From the sequence record KU726251.1: 64,000 bases of DNA; one strand, written 5' to 3'. The position numbers were made by a program, and so were the translations under genes. The notes under the pieces were generated by a model. It did no database searches. It worked only from the letters and a program-made list of their open reading frames with translations, and was not told the DNA's origin. Below, piece by piece: positions 20,720-31,400 of the stretch (position 1 is its first letter; every line of letters starts with the position of its first letter).

Positions 20720-20889
20720 ACGAAAAGCTGCAAGAGCTTCTCAAGGCGCACTTTGAACCGTGGATAGTAAGAAAACAAATGTTGTTCAATCGTAACCCTC
20801 GCGTTGATGTTAAGTTCGATGGTAACGCTGTAAACATTTGTGCGAACGACGATTTAAGAGACATTTTGAATTTATTGAAAGGAAAATAA
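20716..20889 (+). CDS. Small hypothetical protein
   Basis: RBS GGAGG, ATG at 20716, 57 aa. Confidence 0.55.
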   Translation: MNEKLQELLKAHFEPWIVRKQMLFNRNPRVDVKFDGNAVNICANDDLRDILNLLKGK

Positions 20890-20891
20890 TT

Positions 20892-21929
20892 GTGAAACAA
20901 TATCTTGAGATGATGCAGAACATTCTGGACGAGGGTCATGTTAAAGGCGATCGTACTGGAACAGGGACGCTTTCTGTCTTTGGACGCCAGATGCGTTTTG
21001 ATTTGCGTAAAGGTTTCCCGTTAGTCACGACTAAGAAACTCCACCTGCGTTCTATTATCCACGAACTGTTGTGGTTCCTTAGTGGTGACACCAATATCAA
21101 ATATTTAAATGATAACGGGGTAACGATCTGGGATGAATGGGCTGACGAAAATGGTGCGGTTGGTGAACTCTATGGTGCACAATGGAGACGTTGGAAAGAT
21201 GTGAAACTGGTGCCTAAGAAAAATGCAGCTTTACTCGAGAAACTGCAAGCTGCTGGATACGCGGATTATGGCGACGCGGACGACGGTTCACAAATGTTCG
21301 ATGCGCGTGTACTTCTGAAAGAGCACGACCAGATCTCTAAGGTGATTGACCAGCTGCGTAACGATCCTGACAGTCGCCGTATTATTGTCAGCGCATGGAA
21401 CGTGGGTGAGTTGGATCAAATGGCGTTAGCTCCGTGTCATGCGTTCTTTCAGTTCTACACTCGTGAGCTGTCTATCGACGAGCGTCTTGATTGGTTTGAA
21501 AAGAACCTTCCAGATCAATTTAACGATTCCCGCTTTAGTAATGAAGCTGTAGCAGATGACGCAGTGTTCCACGTTGAGATGGACGCACTTGAAATACCTC
21601 GCCGCATTCTTTCATGTCAGCTCTATCAACGCAGTGCGGATTTTTTCCTCGGCGTGCCGTTCAACATCGCGTCTTACGCATTACTCGTGCACATGGTTGC
21701 CCAGCAGGTTAACATGGTGCCGGGCGATTTCATTTGGACGGGCGGTGACACACATCTCTACTCTAATCATCTGGAGCAGGCCAAGCTGCAGCTGACGCGT
21801 GAGCCGTTACCTTTACCGAAACTGATCATCAAGCGTAAACCGGAATCTATCTTCGATTATAAATTCGAAGATTTTGAGATCGTTGGGTATCAGTCTCATG
21901 AAAAAATATCTGCACCAGTGGCTATCTAA
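20892..21929 (+). CDS. thyA: Thymidylate synthase (ThyA) with two insertions
   Basis: [69 protein letters not shown]. Confidence 0.98.
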   Translation: MKQYLEMMQNILDEGHVKGDRTGTGTLSVFGRQMRFDLRKGFPLVTTKKLHLRSIIHELLWFLSGDTNIKYLNDNGVTIWDEWADENGAVGELYGAQWRRWKDVKLVPKKNAALLEKLQAAGYADYGDADDGSQMFDARVLLKEHDQISKVIDQLRNDPDSRRIIVSAWNVGELDQMALAPCHAFFQFYTRELSIDERLDWFEKNLPDQFNDSRFSNEAVADDAVFHVEMDALEIPRRILSCQLYQRSADFFLGVPFNIASYALLVHMVAQQVNMVPGDFIWTGGDTHLYSNHLEQAKLQLTREPLPLPKLIIKRKPESIFDYKFEDFEIVGYQSHEKISAPVAI

Positions 21930-21941
21930 TTAGGAGCGTTT

Positions 21942-22478
21942 ATGGCTGACAACGTCGTTCCCTTCAAGCCTAAAGCGGTGGTTACCACGGACGAACCACC
22001 GTTCATTCCTATCAATGGACAGAAAATCGTGGAGTTTCCGGATGAGCACCGTGGACAACTTCACGTGCCGCAGCCGGACGGTACGATGAAAGCTATCGGC
22101 TTCCCGATAGCTGAGCAGGAATGGTGGACGCTACTGGCTATTCAGATGATGACTCGTGGTCTGGGTGAATCTATGGAACCAGTCGTCCGTATTAACACCG
22201 ATCCGTATATCCACGAACAAGGTAGCTGGATGGAACGGCGTCGGACAATGGAGATACAGATTAGCAAAGAAACGCTTTTGCAAATCGCCGAGTCCACACC
22301 CTTTATCCTGACCTCGTCTTTTAACGGAGATATGGATGAAGACATCTACATGCATCTTTCAGGCTTAGCAGCCGAGCACCGTATTGCAGAGGAAGAACCT
22401 ATCTATACCGAAGCGATGATTATCCATCCGACTGGCTTAGAAGGTAATACCTTTAAACTGATTTGGGTGGAGCTATGA
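21942..22478 (+). CDS. Hypothetical protein
   Basis: 178-aa ORF with RBS AGGAG. Confidence 0.7.
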   Translation: MADNVVPFKPKAVVTTDEPPFIPINGQKIVEFPDEHRGQLHVPQPDGTMKAIGFPIAEQEWWTLLAIQMMTRGLGESMEPVVRINTDPYIHEQGSWMERRRTMEIQISKETLLQIAESTPFILTSSFNGDMDEDIYMHLSGLAAEHRIAEEEPIYTEAMIIHPTGLEGNTFKLIWVEL

Positions 22479-22726
22479 CAGACCGTCTCAGTAAAACAAT
22501 TCGACTACCACAACAGCGTAATGTCCGCAAGGGCGACGTATTCACCGCGGAAGAATGGGTCGCATTAAAAGCTCTGTTCCCGGACGAAACCGATTCGCAT
22601 GTCGTCCAAATGGCACTGAAAGAGTTTGCAAAGAACGCTCCTGAAATGCTGCTGCGTAAGAAAGAAGAAGAACTGAATATGCTCCGTAATAGCGTAGATG
22701 TTCTCTTTAAAACAATGGAGAAATAA
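22475..22726 (+). CDS. Hypothetical protein
   Basis: ATG at 22475 with RBS GGAG. Confidence 0.65.
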   Translation: MTDRLSKTIRLPQQRNVRKGDVFTAEEWVALKALFPDETDSHVVQMALKEFAKNAPEMLLRKKEEELNMLRNSVDVLFKTMEK

Positions 22727-22727
22727 G

Positions 22728-23495
22728 ATGATGAAACTCTTTGCGTTCTCCGATGAATTCTACACGGTGGAATTCGACGACTACGAATACGGGTTATTAG
22801 GGGCCGTCGACATGGAGGACGCTAAACGGCAGCTTCCTACTAGCGAAATAGAAATCATTGAGATTGGGGAAACTAATCTTAGTGGGATTTTGATGCTGGG
22901 GCGGCGACCACGACCTGCGGAACCTGAGCAGGAAAGAGAGCAAGCGCAAGCGATTTGTCTGGTCTATGAGCCGATAGACCCTGCAGCGATAGCGAAGGTG
23001 GTCGATACACTACGGCCACAGATTGGCGTCGCGATTGAAAATTATCGCTGGGCTCGTTTCTCAGGCGACACGCCGATATTTTCGAATAAGCACTGGTTGC
23101 TGTGTATCAACAACGACACGATAATGGTACCTTTAACAGGGGAGAAGAATTTTGAAGATAACTTCGTCCCTGGCGAAGAGTCTGTTATCTTCGAGTATAC
23201 CCATGTCATCGGAAAGCCGAGCTTCTACCAAGTTCTGATTGATGTCTTGACTCACGTCGGTCGAACCATCGAATACCACTACTGGGCACGCCATGCGCGT
23301 TTTAAATGGTTCTCGTTGACGTACGTCGAAGGTTGGGAACGTGTTGTTGAAAAGATTGACGGGCGCTATGAGCAGATTTGGTTCCTGAACCCGGCATTCC
23401 GTGAAGAATTACCCGCATGGGTAAAAGAAGAGGCGAGCAAGCTGACGGTTGGCTTTACTAAGCAGGGCGCGCCGTATATGGTTAACTACAAATAA
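22728..23495 (+). CDS. Hypothetical protein
   Basis: ATG at 22728 with RBS GGAG. Confidence 0.7.
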   Translation: MMKLFAFSDEFYTVEFDDYEYGLLGAVDMEDAKRQLPTSEIEIIEIGETNLSGILMLGRRPRPAEPEQEREQAQAICLVYEPIDPAAIAKVVDTLRPQIGVAIENYRWARFSGDTPIFSNKHWLLCINNDTIMVPLTGEKNFEDNFVPGEESVIFEYTHVIGKPSFYQVLIDVLTHVGRTIEYHYWARHARFKWFSLTYVEGWERVVEKIDGRYEQIWFLNPAFREELPAWVKEEASKLTVGFTKQGAPYMVNYK

Positions 23496-23506
23496 GGTGA
23501 AAACAG

Positions 23507-23986
23507 ATGTCTATAACTCGGATCGATTATCGCGCCGTAGTAAAAGAACTGTCCAAAGGTCTTATCGAACTGGACTCCGATGAAGCCCGTAGCTGTGGCT
23601 TTTTACCGCATATTGCACTAAGCGAGTTCCGCACTATCCGCTATGGCGCTGGTCGTCAGAAAGGCGTTACAACACACGCTGTTGATATGTCAGCAAAGTT
23701 CCACGGCAGCGTTCTGTATCTGGTTCACAACGAAGCGTTACGGAGCGAAGTGGTGGAGAAATTCCATGAAAAAGCCGCTGGGAACGGTTGGCTGACCGTG
23801 CACTGTAACTACTTGCCTGAGGGTTGGAAACGCGCGACGGGTGCTGGTATATCCGGCTACGAGAAATTCGGCTTGGTTATTGTCGATGAAGCGGGTTTCT
23901 TCTTCAACAAGTTCAGTTACGATAAAATCTATCGCAGTCTGGTCGACGTAGTAACGCCAGACGTTGTGATACACCTGATTAATTAA
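23507..23986 (+). CDS. Small single-domain P-loop NTPase-like protein
   Basis: Walker A-like GAGRQKGVTT, Walker B LVIVDEA, 159 aa. Confidence 0.55.
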   Translation: MSITRIDYRAVVKELSKGLIELDSDEARSCGFLPHIALSEFRTIRYGAGRQKGVTTHAVDMSAKFHGSVLYLVHNEALRSEVVEKFHEKAAGNGWLTVHCNYLPEGWKRATGAGISGYEKFGLVIVDEAGFFFNKFSYDKIYRSLVDVVTPDVVIHLIN

Positions 23987-23998
23987 GTAGAGGAAAAT

Positions 23999-24187
23999 AT
24001 GGCTGGAGAACTCGGTCGTGGGCAAGCCACAACGTTCATGTATCGTGATGGGTTAGGTGCGGATGTAAACATGTCTCCGGATGACGAGATGGTTATCCCT
24101 GGACTTGACCCTGACGCAGGTGTGGAAGGTGGCGTTGACCCGTCGAAAGACGACGACAACTGCACTGGTGGTGCGTGCAAGATTTAA
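23999..24187 (+). CDS. 62-aa protein resembling the C-terminal redox tail of class Ia ribonucleotide reductase alpha (NrdA)
   Basis: RBS AGGA, ends DDDNCTGGACKI* (E. coli NrdA ends QDDGCESGACKI*), followed by a terminator. Confidence 0.7.
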   Translation: MAGELGRGQATTFMYRDGLGADVNMSPDDEMVIPGLDPDAGVEGGVDPSKDDDNCTGGACKI

Positions 24188-24196
24188 AATACGTAT

Positions 24197-24232
24197 TAGG
24201 GTGTCCATATGGACACCCTACTTATTTTTTTG
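24197..24232 (+). terminator. Intrinsic terminator
   Basis: TAGGGTGTCC-ATAT-GGACACCCTA followed by a T-tract. Confidence 0.85.
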
Positions 24233-24249
24233 TTTAAGGAGCTATCAAA

Positions 24250-25191
24250 ATGGGCGACCGTTTCATTATCCAGATTCCGTATAACGTTATTGTTGAACCT
24301 AACCAGTACCTGGCACAGATTAATGAGCTTCTGGCTGGATTCTGCCAACGTCAGTTTGTTGAACCGTGGTCCTTTGAGAAACTGTACACCCTGTGCGTGA
24401 ACAGTGAAACCGGTCACACTTACGTCGAAGGTAAAGTATTCACAGGCGACCAGAGTTTGGAAATAAATGATTTCGAAATGCCGTGGACGTTGGAAGGTGT
24501 CGAGTATCGTGGTACGGTTGATCGTCCGCGTTACGTACCTTTGTACACCATCCCACAATGTATTACTAACGTTATGGGTTGGTCTAAAGCGCGTGGTATT
24601 CTGGATAACGGCGTCTGGTATAGCCAAGCCACCAAACTCTACGAAGAAGACGGTGAAGCGGCAACCGGTATCAGTAAAAACAAACGTCGTTACATCATGG
24701 ACGGTATCGGTGATGCTCTGGTCGTGTTGGTTAACTTGATGGAACTCATTAAGTTTGACTCAACCGATATCAGCACATACGTCAACGACGCACGTTCAAA
24801 GAAACCACACGCCGGGAACAGTCATTACCTGTTCCACAAAATGCGTTTCCATCTTACTTGTGCAGTTGATTATATCTGGGATCAGGCAGGCATCGACTCA
24901 GCTAAGCAACTCGAATATAAACACTTCGAGAACAGCGACGCGGTAATGATCGAATGTCACTTCGCTCAGATGGTCGAATACGCCAATGCGCTGGCTATTG
25001 CGTACGATATGACTCTGGAACAGTGCTTCTCCTTGGCGTGGGATGAAATCAAAGACCGTAAGGGTTTCCTGAATGCGGACGGTATCTTCGTTAAAGAAGC
25101 AGACATGACTGCTGCTGAAATCGAAGTAAACGGTTCCCTTACTGTAAAAGATGAGGCGTTTACCGATGGCGAAGAAACTGTTCACGGTTGA
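24250..25191 (+). CDS. MazG-like nucleotide pyrophosphohydrolase with N-terminal extra domain
   Basis: WSKARGI...QATKLYEEDGE...DGIGDALVVLVNL...LEQCFSLAWDEIKDRKG...GIFVKEAD, typical of phage MazG-like proteins. Confidence 0.85.
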   Translation: MGDRFIIQIPYNVIVEPNQYLAQINELLAGFCQRQFVEPWSFEKLYTLCVNSETGHTYVEGKVFTGDQSLEINDFEMPWTLEGVEYRGTVDRPRYVPLYTIPQCITNVMGWSKARGILDNGVWYSQATKLYEEDGEAATGISKNKRRYIMDGIGDALVVLVNLMELIKFDSTDISTYVNDARSKKPHAGNSHYLFHKMRFHLTCAVDYIWDQAGIDSAKQLEYKHFENSDAVMIECHFAQMVEYANALAIAYDMTLEQCFSLAWDEIKDRKGFLNADGIFVKEADMTAAEIEVNGSLTVKDEAFTDGEETVHG

Positions 25192-25588
25192 TTACGACGA
25201 ATACGTTGATCGTTTACTGGTCAACAATATCGTCTGGGAAGACCACGGTCTAATGCCATGGCATCTGAAATTCCTAGCGGAGCGTTCAGAACAATGCGGT
25301 GGTTTGGAGTTCGTACTCACCGACACACCAATTCCGGTACCACACATTGCGCCGGTAGAAAATCTGTACTTCTTCGATGCTAATGTGAAGTTATTACAGC
25401 AGGTACTCTATACACACGACTGGCGTGGTGGTTGTCAGTTCCCAGAGAACGTTTTAAAGCTCTCTGAGCGCTTCGGCACCGACATTGCATATTGCCAAAC
25501 GTTTCCAAAAGACTTGGGACGAAACAGTGTGGTGTTGTGGTATTACCCTCCGGTAGAAGATATCGTAAAAGTGATTATCGAACGCTAA
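25166..25588 (+). CDS. Hypothetical protein
   Basis: ATG at 25166 with RBS GAGG. Confidence 0.65.
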   Translation: MAKKLFTVDYDEYVDRLLVNNIVWEDHGLMPWHLKFLAERSEQCGGLEFVLTDTPIPVPHIAPVENLYFFDANVKLLQQVLYTHDWRGGCQFPENVLKLSERFGTDIAYCQTFPKDLGRNSVVLWYYPPVEDIVKVIIER

Positions 25589-25601
25589 AAATAAAAGCAA
25601 A

Positions 25602-25642
25602 CGAGTACCCCGTTAGGGGTACTCGCATTACTTATTTTTTTG
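25602..25642. terminator. Bidirectional intrinsic terminator
   Basis: CGAGTACCCC-GTTA-GGGGTACTCG with flanking A- and T-tracts. Confidence 0.85.
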
Positions 25643-26194
25643 TTACGCTTGAGCCATGTCGGAAACGTCATAAACCAAACCGTTCAACTCAGTAACGGTA
25701 ATCAGTTTACTGATATCGACACCATCGCTCGGAACTTCGGTCAAATAAACCTCAACCGTACCTGTCCACGCCAGCGACTTTCCATTGAAACGCAGATTGT
25801 GTTTCGTGGGGGAAGTCATTGATTCTGTCGCGTAAATCTCGGTTGCGTCGATTAACCAATTGTATTTGGTTCGCAGCAAGGGAACAAGATCGGCAGCAGT
25901 CGACACGCCGGTGCCATCGACAGACAACACGACGTTCTCAAACAAATGTGCTACGTCCAATCGTCGATAAGTAAGACCCATCTTACCGAACGTACCCTTC
26001 TCAATGATACCAGAAACATCAAGGTTGGTGTTCAGTCTGGTGTATTGCTCTGGGTCAGGATCGGCTGCGGTGATGTGTGCCGGGTTACCGAACGACAATT
26101 TATCGATGGTCACGCCCTTACCAGTCAGTCCAGGATTCTGAGACACGATGAGATCGTAAACCAGCTCTTTTGCGGTCTTTCCAAATAAACTCAT
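25643..26194 (-). CDS. Putative tail/baseplate structural protein
   Basis: 183 aa; KELVYDLI...N, YRRLDV and SLAWTG pattern seen in jumbo-phage tail proteins; last gene of the tape measure operon. Confidence 0.55.
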   Translation of the reverse strand: MSLFGKTAKELVYDLIVSQNPGLTGKGVTIDKLSFGNPAHITAADPDPEQYTRLNTNLDVSGIIEKGTFGKMGLTYRRLDVAHLFENVVLSVDGTGVSTAADLVPLLRTKYNWLIDATEIYATESMTSPTKHNLRFNGKSLAWTGTVEVYLTEVPSDGVDISKLITVTELNGLVYDVSDMAQA

Positions 26195-26216
26195 AACGCA
26201 CTACCTCTATGGTATA

Positions 26217-28478
26217 TTAACGCGCTTGTGGTAGGAAAATGTTCGCGATTTGTCGGGCTGGTATGATATCTAAGGCGGCGTTGACGATGCTACCCTGCGA
26301 CCAAGCACTTGCCCAGTTCTGCGCCCAGATAGACGCATTGATTTTAGCCTGCGCGATGCCGTTGGTACGCTCGTAAAGTGTGGCAGCGCCCAACACAGAC
26401 ATAAATTCACTGAACTTGTTATCATCATCAAACACACCAATATCAGTTACAATCGGCATGTACATAACACGCGACAGGTCACGAATAGTTACCTGTATAT
26501 CACACGACAACGGCAGACCGTCAGCACGCCAACCTAAACCACCTGTACCGAACTGGAGACTCAGGTTAGTTACCATGGCATTACGCATGGAATAACGACC
26601 GCGAGAATAGCACTCCAGATAGAACGGGTGTGTAAACGATTGTTTACCGGTTGCTAACGGACAAACTGCCGCTAACCAGAACGACAACGGGACAATCAGA
26701 TCCTGAAACACATCTAAGTCATTACCCGACCAACAGCGAAGGGGAATACTTAGCGAGATATCGTCACCTGAGGTGTCTGAGGAGTCCCACACTTCCGGGA
26801 AGTCAATCACCGACGAGTTGTACAGTGACATAATCCCTGATAAATGTAAGAAATCGAGTGCGCCTGTAAAGGCGGACTTCAGCCCAGTAATGAGACCATC
26901 GACTGCGTCGAAACCAGTCTTACCACCGGAGAGGTTTACTTCCAAAGAACGTGCTTTCTGCGTGGCGGAGTTAACCGTGCCAGAGATTTCAGGTTCTTTG
27001 GTGGTGTTGGAGAACGAACGCCCTACGGTATCGCGCCCATCAACACGCCAAGTAATCCATTGCGAACCGTTACGTATCTCCGAAGCGATGTTCGAAGTTA
27101 GCCCATCCATAGCGCCATCTAAAATATCGATATAGTCTTTAAAGACGCTACCGACAGATTCTTTCTGACCTTGGTCCATCCAGTTTTCAATTTTCCCAAT
27201 GTCGAGATTGTTCTCATCCATCGAGTTTGCTTCAGTCTGACTTTTAGCAACCTGAGCCTGGTTCTTTTCAACCTGCGCCATGCGATCGGCAAGCTCTTTA
27301 CGTTGCACGTCACCTTCGTTTTCGAAGTTTTCAGCTTTACCTCCTTGTGACTGAGCATCCTGAATGCTTCCATTCATCCCTGCTACCAGTTCGTCTTCTT
27401 TGTTGTCGACGTTTTCAAAACCAGCATCGTACCCTTTACCAGCTTTGGCTACGTATTCAAGGTTACGTAAAGAAACCTCGTACTGCGCAGCTTTTTCCAA
27501 ATGGGTTGTTGAGTACGTCGCTTCCAGATAGAAGTTTCGCAAACGGCGAGCCATGTCCTCTTCGTTACTCGACTCTTTACGAATCTTATCGATGGTTTTC
27601 GCCTGGTAGTTGGCCAAAGTTTGGTAGCGGTTAATCATTCGATAGATATCGAACTCACCATCAGCTGTCCAGATTTCTGGCAGCATGGAGTACCACTCTT
27701 TACGGTCGCCGTTGTACTTATTAGCAGTACCGCCTTTCTCAGACCCATCTACAGCATTAGCAAGCTGGAAAGTCCCTAACACACCCGTTGGTACTAATCG
27801 ACGATAAACTAACTGGGTGTTGACCATATTCTGCACAGCGCGCAGATACAAGTGCATTGTCGGTTTCACGTAGTAGTAGCGAGAAGTCTGCTTGTTCAGC
27901 ACCATCTTCAACATACGTGGCGTAATCAGAATAACCGCAAAGGCAACCGTACCTACTGCGGCCCATATTGCTGCGGCGGCAACATACGTCCCCATCGCAC
28001 GTAACATACCTGGGTAATCACCTGTGCGTGCCAGATACGCTAGGTTGGAATCGTACATATTCGCGAAGAATGCAGCGACCCCGATATATCGAGGTTTACC
28101 GAAACGACAATGAAGATAAAAACTGTTTTGGTTAATAGCTTCGTAATAGAAAGTCCCTAGACGATAGGAACCACGTTGGTCTTGACCTTTAACGTACTTT
28201 GAGTACGAACCACGACCTGCATCAGGTTGTGCAAAGGCACCTGTTGAACTCGGATCAGCAAACATCGTAAACTGCGGCGGCGCATTTAACGCTTGCGAAC
28301 CACCCATCGTGGTATCTTCAAACGAGAGCATCGCGTTAGAGTAACGACGCAAACCCAGGAAACGCTCATCGCGTTGTGCGGTTGTACCGCCAAACAGGCC
28401 GGTTACCCATCCTGAATCTTTTAGTTGTCTTGCTTCCACGTAAAACCTCTCTGTAAGATGATTAGGGGGTGTTGCCAC
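26217..28478 (-). CDS. Putative baseplate/tail structural protein (phiKZ gp182-like position)
   Basis: 753-aa ORF directly downstream of the tape measure gene. Confidence 0.6.
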   Translation of the reverse strand: MATPPNHLTERFYVEARQLKDSGWVTGLFGGTTAQRDERFLGLRRYSNAMLSFEDTTMGGSQALNAPPQFTMFADPSSTGAFAQPDAGRGSYSKYVKGQDQRGSYRLGTFYYEAINQNSFYLHCRFGKPRYIGVAAFFANMYDSNLAYLARTGDYPGMLRAMGTYVAAAAIWAAVGTVAFAVILITPRMLKMVLNKQTSRYYYVKPTMHLYLRAVQNMVNTQLVYRRLVPTGVLGTFQLANAVDGSEKGGTANKYNGDRKEWYSMLPEIWTADGEFDIYRMINRYQTLANYQAKTIDKIRKESSNEEDMARRLRNFYLEATYSTTHLEKAAQYEVSLRNLEYVAKAGKGYDAGFENVDNKEDELVAGMNGSIQDAQSQGGKAENFENEGDVQRKELADRMAQVEKNQAQVAKSQTEANSMDENNLDIGKIENWMDQGQKESVGSVFKDYIDILDGAMDGLTSNIASEIRNGSQWITWRVDGRDTVGRSFSNTTKEPEISGTVNSATQKARSLEVNLSGGKTGFDAVDGLITGLKSAFTGALDFLHLSGIMSLYNSSVIDFPEVWDSSDTSGDDISLSIPLRCWSGNDLDVFQDLIVPLSFWLAAVCPLATGKQSFTHPFYLECYSRGRYSMRNAMVTNLSLQFGTGGLGWRADGLPLSCDIQVTIRDLSRVMYMPIVTDIGVFDDDNKFSEFMSVLGAATLYERTNGIAQAKINASIWAQNWASAWSQGSIVNAALDIIPARQIANIFLPQAR

Positions 28479-28487
28479 CCCCTACGA

Positions 28488-31400
28488 TTAGCTTGCTTTC
28501 CGACTTACGTTTAACGACGGTGTCGGTTGGGTTATTTCCTGCCTGCGTGCAGCTGAGCCCGGAGGAGGCACATTTGCCGCTTGCTGGATACTACCACCAC
28601 GCGTGTCGTTTGCTGCTCTCGGATTTGATTTCAAAATATCACGAATCTCTTTCAAGTAATCGCGAGACTGAATCAGTACCTTGAGCTGCTGAACATCTAT
28701 CGGGTCACCATTCAGCGTTGGCGTCGATGCTGTAGCATCAGAAGTTGGAGCGGCAACTGGACGAGCTGCTGCGTTAACCTGCGCTTCCGCGCCTGCTTTC
28801 ACTTTAGCAACATCCGTTGCAGACAATCCTTCTGCTGCAGCTTGCGACGCTACGGTTTCGGCTGTTGTTGAGGCATCGGATGTTCCGGAACCACCTGTAG
28901 TTGGTGTAGGTGCTGCTGGTCCTACATTACCTGCGGCGGTAGCATTGCATCTTGTGCCGCCATGGCCCCTTTCTGCGTCAATGCGTCATCACGACGATTA
29001 GCATTATCTGCCGGCAGGTTATCTGCTGGCGACAGACTCGGATCATTAGCGGCCGGTGCACCCATTGCTGCTGCCGGGTTGGTTGGTGAATTAGGCGACA
29101 AGCCTGCAACCATATCCTTCGTCTTACTCGGATCGGCAGCGACTTCGTTGGCGGAAATTGCGCCCATGCGGCGGTTCAGTTCCTGAATAACCCCGTCTAC
29201 GCTACGTATACGACCGTTGCTGTAGAAGACGTTGGCATTCCCTCTCAGTATTGCAGATGTAATCCCAGGAGCACTTGATGCCGCCATATTCGGATTACGC
29301 TTCCATGCTTCCAAGAACTTCTTACCGCCGCCTGCACCCAAGAAGTGGTACAGATAAGCCACGGCTGGAGGTGGTGCTTTACCACCCAGGTCACGCTGTG
29401 CTTGTTGGATGTTGTCACGAATGAACTGTACACCCAATATAGCATTCGCCCACGGGTCCATTTGGTTAACACGCGGAATACCAAACTTCCGCGAATACCC
29501 CTTCATCATCCCGTTCCACGTGCCGTCAACAAACTGGAACAACCCAGACGCCGAAGCATACGGGTTTTTAGCGGTGTAGTTAAATCCGGACTCCGCTTTA
29601 GCCATTGCTAACGCCACTGCAGGTGGCACGCCCATCATGTTCGCCGCATCGGTAATCAATGCTTTGATATTCGGAACGTTCAACGCACCCTTTCTACCCA
29701 ACATTTCTATCGGGTATTTTTCAGCCAGTGACTTATAATCACCGTCTTTCACATCACTCAGGTTAATCGAAGACGAACCAGTGGTCATTGCGGCGTAGTT
29801 CCGCACACCGCCAACCGCATCGACGACTTGACCCAAGTTACCCGGCACACCACCACTCGTACCCGACGGGATGTAGCCTGAGGCGCGAGCACCGTCAGAT
29901 GACAAAGAATCTCCCGAGCTGATGTTCGAGTCTTCTTCATCTTCGCCGGTAACTTCCAGAGAACTGCGGTTCTTGTTACGATCCTTCCAGCGTGCACGCT
30001 TGCCATTATTTTTAATGGCTTTAATCATGTTACGCACGGCAAGGTCAGCTTCTTTTGACAACAGCTTCAGCGTTTCCAGCTCGGCTTTGATAGACGACGG
30101 ATTAGTGTTAGCATCGCCCCCTAATGGGTTGATATTCACTTCCCACACCGACTGTCTTATACCGCCTTTCAAACTGTAGGCAGTTGACATCATCAGACTG
30201 ATTTCGTACAGGTAGCCGCCGGTCAGTTTCAAGTTCAGCGGATCGGCTGTTGGCAGGTAACGCTTCACCCCAACCAAATACGTCATGAATACCGGTAAGA
30301 AACGGTCAAAGAACCACCGTTTCAAACGATCTTCTTTCGGTGTACCGATAGCGTCTGGAACCATCGAGGCGATTGCTTTCTTCCAATCTCCTTTGTAGCT
30401 TGCGGTTTTCACGTCAATGTCTTTGATGACGTTCTTCTCGAATACCGTAATCAACGTGCGTGTGGCGTTGTCGATGGTGGTAAAACCATAAGTCTTCCAA
30501 CGTACCGACTCCATCGCATTCATGTCTTTCTGGTCGAGCACCGCATTCCAGTCTACCTGAATCTGAACCTGCTCTGTTCCGTCTTCCCAACCCTCCACCT
30601 TCGCCAGATTTTTATTACGTTCGTTATCCAACTGTCCAAGTTTGTTGATAGCTTCATCAACGCCCGCGGACTTAATCCCCTCCACGGCCGGTGCCATTCC
30701 GTACTTACGTGCTTTCTTATCGTCCATTCTGAACTTGATTGCACGTTCGACTTCATTCTGCACTTCCATAACCTCTTCACCGCTCAAAAACTCCTTCGGT
30801 GTAAAGGTTACGACGTCCCAGGCCTTCGAGAAGAAACCTTGGTTGACTTTGCGTGGGTCAGTTAACGAAGAGAACGCTTTTGCATCCTTAGTCATCTTCA
30901 TTTTGTTGAAGAGTGTCTGCATGTCCTCTTTCGATACTTTCTTCGCATCGCCGACGTCAGCCAACTGGATACTATTCGGCATTGATTTCAGTGCCGTAAT
31001 CCAACGGAGATAAATCGGAATGAAGCGCTGAAGCATAAACGCTTGGAAGGCCAACATTTCGCCTTTTTCCTCAACGTTGATACCGAACCCTTCAGCTAAC
31101 TTCTGAACGTCTTTTCCACTTAGCCCACGGAGACTGGCTTGGCCATCTTCCGCGTAAGACACATACTCACGCAATGCGTCTTCTAAGTAACGCGCTTTCG
31201 CCCCGTCGTCCGACGACCACTTATCGTAATCACGGAAACCGTACTGAGCTAAACGCATCTTATCCAGGTACTGGGTATAGGTAGTCGTTGCAATCTTGTA
31301 CGCGGCGTAACCAGCCGCAGCGATCGCACCACCGATGAGTATTGCCGGCCAACCCACTGCGGTCACGACGGCAGATGCCGCAGTTGCCACAGCGGACACT

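Noticed and set aside
23507-24187. Read-through fusion of the P-loop ORF and the NrdA-tail ORF, which share a frame
   Set aside because: The intervening stop is TAA and the second ORF has its own RBS; the shared frame has a one-in-three chance
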